Source: Eledone cirrhosa
Lineage: Eukaryota
Assembly (NCBI GenBank): GCA_964016885.1
Contig: OZ024742.1
Span: 72,230,001 to 72,294,000 of the forward strand
DNA length: 64,000 nucleotides
Direction of reading: 5' to 3'
The number at the start of each line of letters is the position of its first letter. Within the stretch, counting starts at the first letter, position 1. Position numbers and translations under genes: made by a program. Positions 25,291-42,300 of this stretch are shown here, in pieces. Below the pieces are notes generated by a model that was given only the letters and a program-made list of their open reading frames with translations, searched no databases and was not told the origin of the DNA.

Positions 25291-28143
25291 TATATTCATG
25301 TACAGATATTTTTTCATACACAATAACAAAATATAAACAAACGTATTCATTTCACGAGGCTCGATAAGAATAAATATATATCAAATATATAAGAACGCTA
25401 GAGCAAATCCCGAGCAACGCCGGACCATTCTGCTAGTATATAACTAAAATAGAAAAAACGATTGCTAGCCTACGTAAAACTATAGAATATGTGACAATGC
25501 TCTTTACATGCAAACAAAAAAACTTCACTCCTCACCAACAAAGAGTGAAAAATAAAATAGAAACGATGTTTGGTGACAGTACAACCAGAACTTTTCAATG
25601 TAAGCTGATCACCCTCAAACAAGAATTGAGAGCTGTCAACGAGAAACGCTGATGCTTGAAGAGGGTAGACGAAAGAAAAGTACCTAATAAAAGATTCATA
25701 CGAAACCAAACATCTGTCTATAGAGATATGAAGGGCAAAGTAATAAATGTCACTGAGACCCCATCCCAGAAAGACATAGATTCCTTCTGGAGAAAAATAG
25801 GGGGTGAAAAGAAGAATTTCAACCAAGATACAGTGTGGCTAAAAGAAATCCAAAAGAACTATTGCTCCAACACTACAACAAAAACATACGAAATAAATGA
25901 GGATACCGTTGAGACTGTGATAGGAAAACACCAGGAAGAGACATTATTGTCGGCTACTGGTACAAAAAACTGATATTCTATCGGATGTATCTTATCGACC
26001 TCTACCAGCAAGCTCTCAGGAGAGATACATATATGCCAGAATGGTTGGCATTAGCACAAACATTACTGGTCCCCAAGAACAAAGACACCCACTCGGCAAA
26101 AAACTACCGACCCATTGCATGCCAGAACCTGATGTATAAGATGTATACAGCCTGTCTGAACCTATCTCTCCAGGATCACTGTGAAAATAATTGCATCATC
26201 ACAGATGAACAAGCAGCTGGAAAGAAAGGTGTTGGGGGGGGGGGGGATGAACAACTCCTTATCAACAAAACTGCGATGTCGGAGGTGCGACAACTTAGGA
26301 GGAATATGGCTACAGTCTGGCTGGACTACAGGAAAGCTTTTGATTCTGTTCCCCACCCTTGGATGATAGAGGCCCCCCGACTTTCTAAAGCCCCAGACAT
26401 TATTGTCAAAGTCATAGAGAAGCTGTCATCTTCTTGGGCTACTATCCTAAAGTTAAAAACAGAGAAGGAGGATTCTCTTTTCACTGATAAAATCGAATAT
26501 CACAGAGGTATATACAAGGAGACAGTCTCTCTGTGCTACTATTTATCCTGTCATTAAACCCCATTGTCTTTTCTTCTCAAGAAATGTGAAGGATACATCA
26601 TTGGCTCACAGGAGGACAGAATTACGAACCTAACCTATAATTTCAAGGTGGATGATCTGAAACTCTATTCCCAAAACATAAATGGGATGAAGAAAAATCT
26701 TGACCTGATTACAACATTCTCAAAGGATATAAGAATGGAGTTTGGCCAAGATAAATGTTCATATATGATTGTAAAGCGGGGAAAAACTACAACCCAGTCT
26801 AGCAACATTTTTATCAATGGCCTAACCGATATCTGACGGGGTCTGCTACAGATACCTGGCGTAAGATGAGAATATATCCTATAATGGTATTTGTAATAAG
26901 GAACGCGTAACCAGGGAATATTACACCCGATTAAGAAAAATATGGTTATCGGAATTCTGCACACAATAAAACAGTGGCTCGCAATGTGTTTGCTGTGCCT
27001 GACCTAACACCACGTTTGGAATACTCGATTGGACGATAGACGAAATCAGAGCAATTTATGTTAAAACTCGGAAAATTCTAAACAACACCGGCAGCTTCCA
27101 CATCAACAGTGGCATAGACCGCCTCTACTTGAAACGTAAGCAGGGAGGCAGAGGTTCAAACAGCATTTGAGTGACGCATCATATCCCTCCGACAACATTA
27201 ACGAACCTCCAAACGTAGGAGCCCATCTATCGAGCAAGTCTATATGCATGAGACAGATTAGATCATGAGAGTTGGGAAGGAACTCCTTGAAAGATACTCC
27301 CTGCATGATAATCAAAACCTCACACCCAGGGAAATTGCTCAGCAGTATCACAGTGAATCCATGGCTGTAAAACTGCATGCTTATCAACAAAAAATCATGC
27401 ATGGATATGTTGCCAAGCTCCAGAGTGAGAGTAATATAGATAAACAAAGTAGTCTATCTTGGACCAACAACCGCTATATTGGCTCCTACTTTGAAAGATG
27501 CGCTTTTGCAATCCAAGAATAAGAAATCAACACAAAATACCTGATTCCCAAAAGAGAATGCAAGCAAAACGCCTAGATGTGACAAATGCAGACTCTGCAG
27601 AATTAACATCGAAGATGTCACCCATGTCATAAGCAGCTATCCAATGATGTCATCACGGTACTATCTACCTATGAGGCACGATGTAGTGGCCAAAACACTG
27701 TACAATGTAACCCGTAGAAAATATTGCCCCGACACACATATACATAATATGAAAGAATATTGGTGGAATGTTCCAGTAAAAACCCCAATAAAATTCAGGC
27801 ATAACAGACGAGATATAATGATATGGGACAGGGGAAAGAAGGCATGTACAGTAGTGGAAGTTATCTGCCCAGCAGATGCCAATATAATATTAAAGATTAG
27901 TGAAAAGGAGAATATCTATGCAGAACTAAAGAGAAATCTGCAGCTACTCCACCCTGATTATACCTTCAGATTTATACCTGTGATTATTGGGGCACTGGGA
28001 TATGTTAGTAACTGCCTCAGTACAAATCTTGGGAAGCTAGGCTTCACAGAAATAGAAAGAACACGACTAGTTAGGAAATTACAAGTACAATCCATTAATG
28101 GCACAGTAAAAATATGTAAAACATTCCAAAATTTCTGCATCTA
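23690..28143 (+). mobile_element. R4/Dong-like RLE-bearing non-LTR retrotransposon, degenerate, interrupted by a Helitron
   Basis: KNYRPIAC, WLDYRKAFDSVPH, VDDLKL, FGQDKC, CRLC, RHDVVAK, RRDIMIWD, VEVICPAD, IPVIIGALG. Confidence 0.85.
24492..25436 (+). mobile_element. Non-autonomous Helitron
   Basis: Inserted between A and T. Starts TCTATATATCTAAAAC with (GTCT)n and ends with a GC-rich subterminal motif (cccgagcaacgccgg) and CTAG. The host LINE frame rejoins across it (KKPS|YITK). Confidence 0.8.
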
Positions 28144-28529
28144 ACTGCATATACACTTGTACAGATACAAAGTATATAAATATGCACACATATGACTCAA
28201 AACATCCACATCCACACATACAATAACATCCATACCTGCACACACATGCATACATATATTGTACATACATACCTAGTATTGTTGTGTAAATTCCAATGAG
28301 TGAGTCTTGTATCTATGTTAGAAACCGACTCTCTCTCTCTATTGGTAACATTTGTGAAATTATAAGACCATCATCATCCTCTAATGCCCGTTTTCCTTGC
28401 TGTGTGTGTGTATTTTCTTCTGGTTTTATATATATATATATATATAACGAAGGAAATGTGGTAAGGAACCAGGTGGACCATAACGCACCAAAGTACTCAA
28501 TACTTAGGGTAGTAGAGTGGGTAATAGAA

Positions 28530-29770
<1,241 letters not shown>

Positions 29771-30600
29771 AGTTGTTGATGGCTGGTAGATTTAATTTGA
29801 ATGGATGAAAAAAAAAACGTTAAAGTTTAATGTGAATATGTATATGATATATGTACGTGTGTGCGTGGGTATATGTGTAGTAAGGAACGCAGATTTCAGG
29901 GTAAGGGAGTAAAAGGTGTGTTTGTGTGTGGTTGATGTGTAACATTTCTTTGTTTATTTGTCTGCCAAATGACTACTTAAAGCTAGTAAGAGATGTGCCT
30001 GCGGCTAGTATTGGTCATGTCAAACTGGATGAATATTTGCAGCTATTAATGGATATTCTTGCTAGTAACATAGTTGTGTCGACACTGGCCAAGGATCGGA
30101 CGTTCGTTAGAGCGGAAAGCTTTGTTAGAACGATAGTGTAATTAGGTTGGACAAGTTAAATTAGCCATTGTGACGCACTTCGTTAATTTGAATGAATGAA
30201 AAAAGAAAAAACGTTAAAGTTTAATGTGACAATGTGTAGGATATATGTACGTGTGTGTGTTCCTCACTACAAACTTAACGGCTTTTTTTCTCTAATTACC
30301 TTGGCACTTATAATCTCACACACATTGTCGGGCTTCCAAATATTTAAGCTGATTTCTTAGTTAAATTAGTGTGTGTGCGTGTGTGTACACTAACCACGCA
30401 CTTTCACACATAAATCCGCATATAAACACACACACACATGTACACACATATACAAGCACACATGCACACACACACACAGACACACAAACATATATATACA
30501 CACATATATAAATAAACACACACACATATATATATAAACACACACAAAGACACATATATAAATAAACACACACATATAAACACGCCCACACATATATGCA

Positions 30601-30647
<47 letters not shown>

Positions 30648-31277
30648 GGCATACGTCAAGCCGGGCGGTCTCAAAAGTGAAACTAATTTTTGACAGTTAC
30701 GTAAGTGATTACTTTCAATTTGGATTGTGAATTTGTTTGTTTTTTTACAACAGGTCTCTATAGTGATATGTTGTTAATTAGTATTGCGTGTACGTGATTT
30801 TTTTTTTTTTTCTTTTTTTGTGTACTGTGTGTACGGAGCCCTTCTGACCCAAATCCCTTATCATTCTCTGTCCTTCTTATGACCCTACCTTAATTTCTTT
30901 GGGGGACAGAGAGTTGGTGCCAACGAGTTTGGCGAGATGATCAACTGTATTTCAGCTATTTATAGGGTGTAATAAGGATTTTCAATATTTATTTATTTCA
31001 ACACACAATGTCATTATTTTAAAAAAAAACCATACAATTGTGTACATGCATATATATATACATCTACAAATTCATACAAATGTGTATGTGTGCATAAATA
31101 TATATATACATACACATATATATATATACAGACACATATATATACACACAAACACACATATATACACACACAAACACATATATACACACAAACATATATA
31201 TACGTCTAAATCCATGCTTGCGTGGAAGATAGACGTTAAACGATGATGATGACACAAACACATATATATATATACAA

Positions 31278-31344
<67 letters not shown>

Positions 31345-31509
31345 CACACACACACATATATACACACATATACACACCCACACATGTATATATATTAAGA
31401 AATCCATACAATTGCGTGTCTGCATCATACATTCACTAGTGAGACCTGTTGTAAAAAAAACAAGCAAATTCACAAATTCACTTTTGAGACCGCCCGTCTT
31501 GACGTATGC

Positions 31510-31510
<1 letters not shown>
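30648..31510. mobile_element. Non-autonomous TIR DNA transposon (MITE-like)
   Basis: Terminal inverted repeats GGCATACGTCAAG(C/A)CGGGCGGTCTCAAAAGTGAA plus a further inverted block (gtgaatttg...acaacaggtctc). No transposase. Confidence 0.7.
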
Positions 31511-31557
<47 letters not shown>

Positions 31558-31561
<4 letters not shown>

Positions 31562-34500
31562 GGAAAAAAAAAATGAAACGAAATTTCATTTCTCACTCTT
31601 AGTACGACAGTTACTTAAATATAAGTATGTATACGTACATACATATATGTATACAGACGTACAGTAGTATGTATATATATATACATACATGCATACACAT
31701 ATATATGAACGTATGGATTCACCGAACATTTATTATAATGCTCGGTGTGTTTGTAAACAAACATCCCGAATTAAGCAGTACGGTATCTAGCAACCATCGT
31801 TGCTCATTTGTTCAACACTGACAAAGGAATGCTGTACTAGTTTCAAGCTTATTAGCTATCGTCAGCAACGTATACATTCCTGCCAGATGGTTGAACGTCT
31901 GAAAGTATATACTTTTTTATGCATATTAACGGCTAAGCAGGCTAATTTGCATATCGAGTGAGTTATCGGCCGGAGTACCGAAAACGATAAACGGAAAAAA
32001 TGATACGAAATGTTATTTCTCACTCTTAGTACGGCTGTTACTTAAATATAAATATGTATACGTACATATATATATGTATACAGACGTACAGTAGTATGTA
32101 TATATATATACATACATGCACACACATCTATATGAACGTATGGATTCACCGAACATTTATAATAATGCTCGGTGTGTTTGTAAACAAATATCCCAAATTA
32201 AGCCGTACAGTGTCTAGCAACCATCGTTGCACATTTGTTCAACACTGATAAAGGAACGCTGTACTAGTTTCAAGCTTAATAGCCATCGTCAACAACGTAT
32301 ACCTTCCTGCCAGATAGTTGAACGTCTGAAAGTATATACTTTCCTTATGAATATTAATGGCTGAGCAGGCTAATTTGCATATCGAATGAGTTATCGACGG
32401 AGTACCGAAAACGATAAACGGAAAAATGAAACGAAATTTCATTTCTCACTCTTAGTACGGCAGTTACTTAAATATAAGTATGTATACGTACATACATATA
32501 TGTATACAGACGTACAGTAGTATGTATATATATATACATACATGCACACACATATATATGAACGTATGGATTCACCGAACATTTATTATAATGCTCGGTG
32601 TGTTTGTAAACAAACATCCCGAATTAAGCCGTACAGTGTCTAGCAACCATCGTTGCTCATTTGTTCAACACTGACAAAGGAATGCTGTACTAGTTTCAAG
32701 CTTATTAGCTATCGTCAGCAACGTATACATTCCTGCCAGATGGTTGAACGTCTGAAAGTATATACTTTTTTATGCATATTAACGGCTAAGCAGGCTAATT
32801 TGCATATCGAGTGAGTTATCGGCCGGAGTACCGAAAACGATAAACGGAAAAAATGATACGAAATGTTATTTCTCACTCTTAGTACGGCTGTTACTTAAAT
32901 ATAAATATGTATACGTACATACATATATGTATACAGACGTACAGTAGTGTGTATATATATATATACATACATGCACACACATCTATATGAACGTATGGAT
33001 TCACCGAACATTTATAATAATGCTCGGTGTGTTTGTAAACAAATATCCCAAATTAAGCCGTACAGTGTCTAGCAACCATCGTTGCACATTTGTTCAACAC
33101 TGATAAAGGAACGCTGTACTAGTTTCAAGCTTAATAGCCATCGTCAACAACGTATACCTTCCTGCCAGATAGTTGAACGTCTGAAAGTATATACTTTCCT
33201 TATGAATATTAATGGCTGAGCAGGCTAATTTGCATATCGAATGAGTTATCGACGGAGTACCGAAAACGATAAACGTAAAAATGAAACGAAATTTCATTTC
33301 TCACTCTTAGTACGGCAGTTACTTAAATATAAGTATGTATACGTACATACATATATGTATACAGACGTACAGTAGTATGTATATATATATACATACATGC
33401 ACACACATATATATGAACGTATGGATTCACCGAACATTTATTATAATGCTCGGTGTGTTTGTAAACAAACATCCCGAATTAAGCCGTACAGTGTCTAGCA
33501 ACCATCGTTGCTCATTTGTTCAACACTGACAAAGGAACGCTGTACTAGTTTCAAGCTTATTAGCTATCGTCAGCAACGTATACCTTCCTGCCAGATGGTT
33601 GAACGTCTGAAAGTATATACTTTCCTTGTGCATATTAACGGCTGAGCAGCCTATTTTGCATATCGAGTGAGTTATCGGCCGGAGTACCGAAAACGATAAA
33701 CGGAAAAAATGAAACGAAATTTCATTTCTCACTCTTAGTACGGCTGTTACTTAAATATAAATATGTATACGTACATACATATATGTATACAGACGTACAG
33801 TAGTATGTATATATATATACATACATGCACACACATATATATGAACGTATGGATTCACCGAACATTTATAATAATGCTCGGTGTGTTTGTAAACAAATAT
33901 CCCAAATTAAACCGTACAGTGTCTAGCAACCATCGTTGCACATTTGTTCAACACTGATAAAGGAACGCTGTACTAGTTTCAAGCTTAATAGCTATCGTCA
34001 ACAACGTATACCTTCCTGCCAGATAGTTGAACGTCTGAAAGTATATACTTTCCTTATGAATATTAACGGATGAGCAGGCTAATTTGCATATCGAATGAGT
34101 TATTGACGGAGTACCGAAAACGATAAACGGAAAAAATGAAACGAAATTTCATTTCTCACTCTTAGTACGGCTGTTACTTAAATATTAGTATGTATACGTA
34201 CATACATATATGTATACAGACGTACAGTAGTATGTATATATATATACATACATGCACACACATATATATGAACGTATGGATTCACCGAACATTTATTATA
34301 ATGCTCGGTGTGTTTGTAAACAAACATCCCGAATTAAGCCGTACAGTGTCTAGCAACCATCGTTGCTCATTTGTTCAACACTGATAAAGGAAGGCTGTAC
34401 TAGTTTCAAGCTTATTAGCTATCGTCAGCAACGTATACCTTCCTGCCAGATGGTTGAACGTCTGAAAGTATATACTTTCCTTATACATATTAACGGCTGA

Positions 34501-37500
34501 GCAGCCTAATTTGCATATCGAGTGAGTTATCGGCCGGGGTACCGAAAACGATAAACGTAAAAAATGAAACGAAATTTCATTTCTCACTCTTAGTACGGCA
34601 GTTACTTAAATATAAGTATGTATACGTACATACATATATGTATACAGACGTACAGTAGTATGTATATATATACATACATGCACACACATATATATGTACG
34701 TATGGATTCACCGAACATTTATTATAATGCTCGGTGTGTTTGTAAACAAACATCCCGAATTAAGCCGTACTGTGTCTAGCAACCATCGTTGCTCATTTGT
34801 TCAACACTGATAAAAGGAGCGCTGTACTAGTTTCAAGCTTATTAGCTATCGTCAGCAACGTATACCTTCCTGCCAGATGGTTGAACGTCTGAAAGTATAT
34901 ATTTTTCTTATGCATATTAACGGCTGAGCAGCCTAATTTGCATATCGAGTGAGTTATCGACGGGGTACCGAAAACGATAAACGTAAAAAATGAAACGAAA
35001 TTTCATTTCTCACTCTTAGTACGGCAGTTACTTAAATATAAGTATGTATACGTACATACATATATGTATACAGACGTACAGTAGTATGTATATATATACA
35101 TACATGCACACACATATATATGTACGTATGGATTCACCGAACATTTATTATAATGCTCGGTGTGTTTGTAAACAAACATCCCGAATTAAGCCGTACAGTG
35201 TCTAGCAACCATCGTTGCTCATTTGTTCAACACTGACAAAGGAACGCTGTACTAGTTTCAAGCTTAATAACAATCGTTAGCAACGTATACCTTCCTGCCA
35301 CATGGTTGAACGTCTGAAAGTATATACTTTCCTTATGCATATTAACGGCTGAGCAGGCTAATTTGCATATCGAATGAGTTATCGGCCGGAGTACCGAAAA
35401 CGATAAACGGAAAAATGAAACGAAATTTTATTTCTCACTCTTAGTACGGCTGTTACTTAAATCTAAGTATGTATACGTACATACATATATGTATACAGAC
35501 GTACAGTAGTATGTATATATATATACATACATGCACACACATCTATATGAACGTATGGATTCACCGAACATTTATTATAATGCTCGGTGTGTTTGTAAAC
35601 AAACATCCCGAATTAAGCCGTACAGTATCTAGCAACCATCGTTGCTCATTTGTTCAACACTGACAAAGGAACGCTGTACTAGTTTCAAGCTTATTAGCTA
35701 TCGTCAGCAACGTATACCTTCCTGCCAGATGGTTGAACGTCTGAAAGTATATACTTTCATTATGCATATTAACGGCTAAGCAGCCTAATTTGCATATCGA
35801 GTGAGTTATCGGCCGGAGTACCGAAAACGATAGACGGAAAAAATGATACGAAATGTTATTTCTCACTCTTAGTACGGCTGTTACTTAAATATAAATATGT
35901 ATACGTACATACATATATGTATACAGACGTACAGTAGTATGTATATATATATACATACATGCACATACATATATATGAACGTATGGATTCACCGAACATT
36001 TATAATAATGCTCGGTGTGTTTGTAAACAAATATCCCGAATTAAGGCGTACAGTGTTTAGCAACCATCGTTGCTTATTTGTTCAACACTGACAAAGGAAC
36101 GCTGTACTAGTTTCAAGCTTATTAGCTATCGTCAGCAACGTATACCTTCCTGCCAGATGGTTAGAACTTCTGAAAGTATATACTTTCCTTATGCATATTA
36201 ACGGCTGAGCAGCCTAATTTGCATATCGAGTGAGTTATCGGCCGGGGTACCGAAAACGATAAACGGAAAAAATGGAACGAAATTTTATTTCTCACTCTTA
36301 GTACGGCAGTTACTTAAATAAAAGTATGTATAGGTACATACATATATGTATACAGACGTACAGCAGTATGTATATATATATATACATACATGCACACACA
36401 TATATATGTACGTATGGATTCACCGAACATTTATTATAATGCTCGGTGTGTTTGTAAACAAACATCCCGAATTAAGCCGTACAGTGTCTAGCAACCATCG
36501 TTGCTCATTTGTTCAACACTGACAAAGGAACGCTGTACTAGTTTCAAGCTTAATAGCAATCGTCAGCAACGTATACCTTCCTGCCACATGGTTGAACGTC
36601 TGAAAGTATATACTTTCCTTATGCATATTAACGGCTGAGCAGGCTAATTTGCATATCGAATGAGTTATCGGCCGGAGTACCGAAAACGATAAACGGAAAA
36701 AATGAAACGAAATTTTATTTCTCACTCTTAGTACGGCCGTTACTTAAATATAAGTATGTATACGTACATACATATATGTATACAGACGTACAGTAGTATG
36801 TATATATATATACATACATGCACACACATATATATGAACGTATGGATTCACCGAACATTTATTATAATGCTCGGTGTGTTTGTAAACAAACATCCCGAAT
36901 TAAGCCGTACAGTGTCTAGCAACCATCGTTGCTCATTTGTTCAACACTGACAAAGGAACGCTGTACTAGTTTCAAGCTTATTAGCTATCGTCAGCAACGT
37001 ATACCTTCCTGCCAGATGGTTGAACGTCTGAAAGTATATACTTTCCTTGTGCATATTAACGGCTGAGCAGCCTATTTTGCATATCGAGTGAGTTATCGGC
37101 CGGAGTACCGAAAACGATAAACGGAAAAAATGAAACGAAATTTCATTTCTCACTCTTAGTACGGCTGTTACTTAAATATAAATATGTATACGTACATACA
37201 TATATGTATACAGACGTACAGTAGTATGTATATATATATACATACATGCACACACATATATATGAACGTATGGATTCACCGAACATTTATAATAATGCTC
37301 GGTGTGTTTGTAAACAAATATCCCAAATTAAACCGTACAGTGTCTAGCAACCATCGTTGCACATTTGTTCAACACTGATAAAGGAACGCTGTACTAGTTT
37401 CAAGCTTAATAGCTATCGTCAACAACGTATACCTTCCTGCCAGATAGTTGAACGTCTGAAAGTATATACTTTCCTTATGAATATTAACGGATGAGCACGC

Positions 37501-40500
37501 TAATTTGCATATCGAATGAGTTATTGACGGAGTACCGAAAACGATAAACGGAAAAAATGAAACGAAATTTCATTTCTCACTCTTAGTACGGCTGTTACTT
37601 AAATATTAGTATGTATACGTACATACATATATGTATACAGACGTACAGTAGTATGTATATATATATACATACATGCACACACATATATATGAACGTATGG
37701 ATTCACCGAACATTTATTATAATGCTCGGTGTGTTTGTAAACAAACATCCCGAATTAAGCCGTACAGTGTCTAGCAACCATCGTTGCTCATTTGTTCAAC
37801 ACTGATAAAGGAAGGCTGTACTAGTTTCAAGCTTATTAGCTATCGTCAGCAACGTATACCTTCCTGCCAGATGGTTGAACGTCTGAAAGTATATACTTTC
37901 CTTATACATATTAACGGCTGAGCAGCCTAATTTGCATATCGAGTGAGTTATCGGCCGGGGTACCGAAAACGATAAACGTAAAAAATGAAACGAAATTTCA
38001 TTTCTCACTCTTAGTACGGCAGTTACTTAAATATAAGTATGTATACGTACATACATATATGTATACAGACGTACAGTAGTATGTATATATATACATACAT
38101 GCACACACATATATATGTACGTATGGATTCACCGAACATTTATTATAATGCTCGGTGTGTTTGTAAACAAACATCCCGAATTAAGCCGTACTGTGTCTAG
38201 CAACCATCGTTGCTCATTTGTTCAACACTGATAAAGGAACGCTGTACTAGTTTCAAGCTTATTAGCTATCGTCAGCAACGTATACCTTCCTGCCAGATGG
38301 TTGAACGTCTGAAAGTATATATTTTTCTTATGCATATTAACGGCTGAGCAGCCTAATTTGCATATCGAGTGAGTTATCGGCGGGGTACCGAAAACGATAA
38401 ACGTAAAAAATGAAACGAAATTTCATTTCTCACTCTTAGTACGGCAGTTACTTAAATATAAGTATGTATACGTACATACATATATGTATACAGACGTACA
38501 GTAGTATGTATATATATACATACATGCACACACATATATATGTACGTATGGATTCACCGAACATTTATTATAATGCTCGGTGTGTTTGTAAACAAACATC
38601 CCGAATTAAGCCGTACAGTGTCTAGCAACCATCGTTGCTCATTTGTTCAACACTGACAAAGGAACGCTGTACTAGTTTCAAGCTTAATAGCAATCGTTAG
38701 CAACGTATACCTTCCTGCCACATGGTTGAACGTCTGAAAGTATATACTTTCCTTATGCATATTAACGGCTGAGCAGGCTAATTTGCATATCGAATGAGTT
38801 ATCGGCCGGAGAACCGAAAACGATAAACGGAAAAATGAAACGAAATTTTATTTCTCACTCTTAGTACGGCTGTTACTTAAATCTAAGTATGTATACGTAC
38901 ATACATATATGTATACAGACGTACAGTAGTATGTATATATATATACATACATGCACACACATCTATATGAACGTATGGATTCACCGAACATTTATTATAA
39001 TGCTCGGTGTGTTTGTAAACAAACATCCCGAATTAAGCCGTACAGTATCTAGCAACCATCGTTGCTCATTTGTTCAACACTGACAAAGGAACGCTGTACT
39101 AGTTTCAAGCTTATTAGCTATCGTCAGCAACGTATACCTTCCTGCCAGATGGTTGAACGTCTGAAAGTATATACTTTCATTATGCATATTAACGGCTAAG
39201 CAGCCTAATTTGCATATCGAGTGAGTTATCGGCCGGAGTACCGAAAACGATAGACGGAAAAAATGATACGAAATTTTATTTCTCACTCTTAGTACGGCTG
39301 TTACTTAAATATAAATATGTATACGTACATACATATATGTATACAGACGTACAGTAGTATGTATATATATATACATACATGCACACACATATATATGAAC
39401 GTATGGATTCACCGAACATTTATAATAATGCTCGGTGTGTTTGTAAACAAATATCCCGAATTAAGGCGTACAGTGTTTAGCAACCATCGTTGCTTATTTG
39501 TTCAACACTGACAAAGGAACGCTGTACTAGTTTCAAGCTTATTAGCTATCGTCAACAACGTATACCTTCCTGCCAGATGGTTAGAACTTCTGAAAGTATA
39601 TACTTTCCTTATGCATATTAACGGCTGAGCAGCCTAATTTGCATATCGAGTGAGTTATCGGCCGGGGTACCGAAAACGATAAACGGAAAAAATGAAACGA
39701 AATTTTATTTCTCACTCTTAGTACGGCAGTTACTTAAATAAAAGTATGTATAGGTACATACATATATGTATACAGACGTACGGCAGTATGTATATATATA
39801 TATACATACATGCACACACATATATATGTACGTATGGATTCACCGAACATTTATTATAATGCTCGGTGTGTTTGTAAACAAACATCCCGAATTAAGCCGT
39901 ACAGTGTCTAGCAACCATCGTTGCTCATTTGTTCAACACTGACAAAGGAACGCTGTACTAGTTTCAAGCTTAATAGCAATCGTCAGCAACGTATACCTTC
40001 CTGCCACATGGTTGAACGTCTGAAAGTATATACTTTCCTTATGCATATTAACGGCTGAGCAGGCTAATTTGCATATCGAATGAGTTATCGGCCGGAGTAC
40101 CGAAAACGATAAACGGAAAAAATGAAACGAAATTTTATTTCTCACTCTTAGTACGGCCGTTACTTAAATATAAGTATATATACGTACATACATATATGTA
40201 TACAGACGTACAGTAGTATGTATATATATATACATACATGCACACACATATATATGAACGTATGGATTCACCGAACATTTATTATAATGCTCGGTGTGTT
40301 TGTAAACAAACATCCCGAATTAAGCCGTACAGTGTCTAGCAACCATCGTTGCTCATTTGTTCAACACTGATAAAGGAACGCTGTACTAGTTTCAAGCTTA
40401 TTATCTATCGTCAGCAACGTATACCTTCCTGCCAGATGGTTGAACGTCTGAAAGTATATATTTTTCTTATGCATATTAACGGCTGAGCAGCCTAATTTGC

Positions 40501-42300
40501 ATATCGAGTGAGTTATCGGCCGGGGTACCGAAAAAGATAAACGTAAAAAATGAAACGAAATTTCATTTCTCACTCTTAGTACGGCAGTTACTTAAATATA
40601 AGTATGTATACGTACATACATATATGTATACAGATGTACAGTAGTATGTATATATATACATACATGCACACACATATATATGTACGTATGGATTCACCGA
40701 ACATTTATAATAATGCTCGGTGTGTTTGTAAACAAACATCCCGAATTAAGCCGTACAGTGTCTAGCAACCATCGTTGCTCATTTGTTCAACACTGACAAA
40801 GGAACGCTGTACTAGTTTCAAGCTTAATAGCAATCGTCAGCAACGCATACCTTCCTGCCACATGGTTGAACGTCTGAAAGTATATACTTTCCTTATGCAT
40901 ATTAACGGCTGAGCAGGCTAATTTGCATATCGAATGAGTTATCGGCCGGAGTACCGAAAACGATAAACGGAAAAAATGAAACGAAATTTTATTTCTCACT
41001 CTTAGTACGGCTGTTACTTAAATCTAAGTATGTATACGTACATACATATATGTATACAGACGTACAGTAGTATGTATATATATATACATACATGCACACA
41101 CATCTATATGAACGTATGGATTCACCGAACATTTATTATAATGCTCGGTGTGTTTGTAAACAAACATCCCGAATTAAGCCGTACAATATCTAGCAACCAT
41201 CGTTGCTCATTTGTTCAACACTGACAAAGGAACGCTGTACTAGTTTCAAGCTTATTAGCTATCATCAGCAACGTATACCTTCCTGCCAGATGGTTGAACG
41301 TCTGAAAGTATATACTTTCATTATGCATATTAACGGCTAAGCAGCTTAATTTGCATATTGAGTGAGTTATCGGCCGGAGTACCGAAAACGATAAACGGAA
41401 AAAATGAAACGAAATTTTATTTCTCACTCTTAGTACGGCTGTAACTTAAATATAAGTATATATACGTACATACATATATGTATACAGACGTACAGTAGTA
41501 TGTATATATATATACATACATGCACACACATATATATGAACGTATGGATTCACCGAACATTTATTATAATGCTCGGTGTGTTTGTAAACAAACATCCCGA
41601 ATTAAGGCGTACAGTGTCTAGCAACCATCCTTGCTCATTTGTTCAACACTGACAAAGGAACGCTTTACTAGTTTCAAGCTTATTAGCTATCATCAGCAAC
41701 GTATACCTTCCTACCAGATGGTTGAACGTCTGAAAGTATATACTTTCCATATGCATATTAACGGCTGAGCAGCCTAATGTGTATATCGAGTGACTTATCG
41801 GCCGGGGTACCGAAAACGATAAACGGAAAAAATGAAACGAAATTTCATTTCTCACTCTTAGTACGGCTGTTACTTAAATCTAAGTATGTATACGTACATA
41901 AATATATGTATACAGACGTACAGTAGTATTTATATATATATACATACATGCACACACATATATATGAACGTATGGATTCAACGAACATTTATTATAATGC
42001 TCGGTGTGTTTGTAAACAAACATCCCAAATTAAGCCGTACAGTGTCTAGCAACCATCGTTGCTCATTTGTTCAACACTGACAAAGGAACGCTGTACTAGT
42101 TTCAAGCTTATTAGCTATCGTCAGCAACGTATACCTTCCTGCCAGATGGTTGAACGTCTGAAAGTATATACTTTCCTTATGCATATTAACGGCTGAACAG
42201 CCTAAATTGCATATCGAGTGAGTTATCGGCCGGAGTACCGAAAACGATAAACGGAAAAAATGAAACGAAATTTCATTTCTCACTCTTAGTACGGCTGTTA

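Noticed and set aside
30361-31596. CV/YI/HT-repeat ORFs (also at 28596, 45044, 53400, 59385, 62946)
   Set aside because: Translations of microsatellites.
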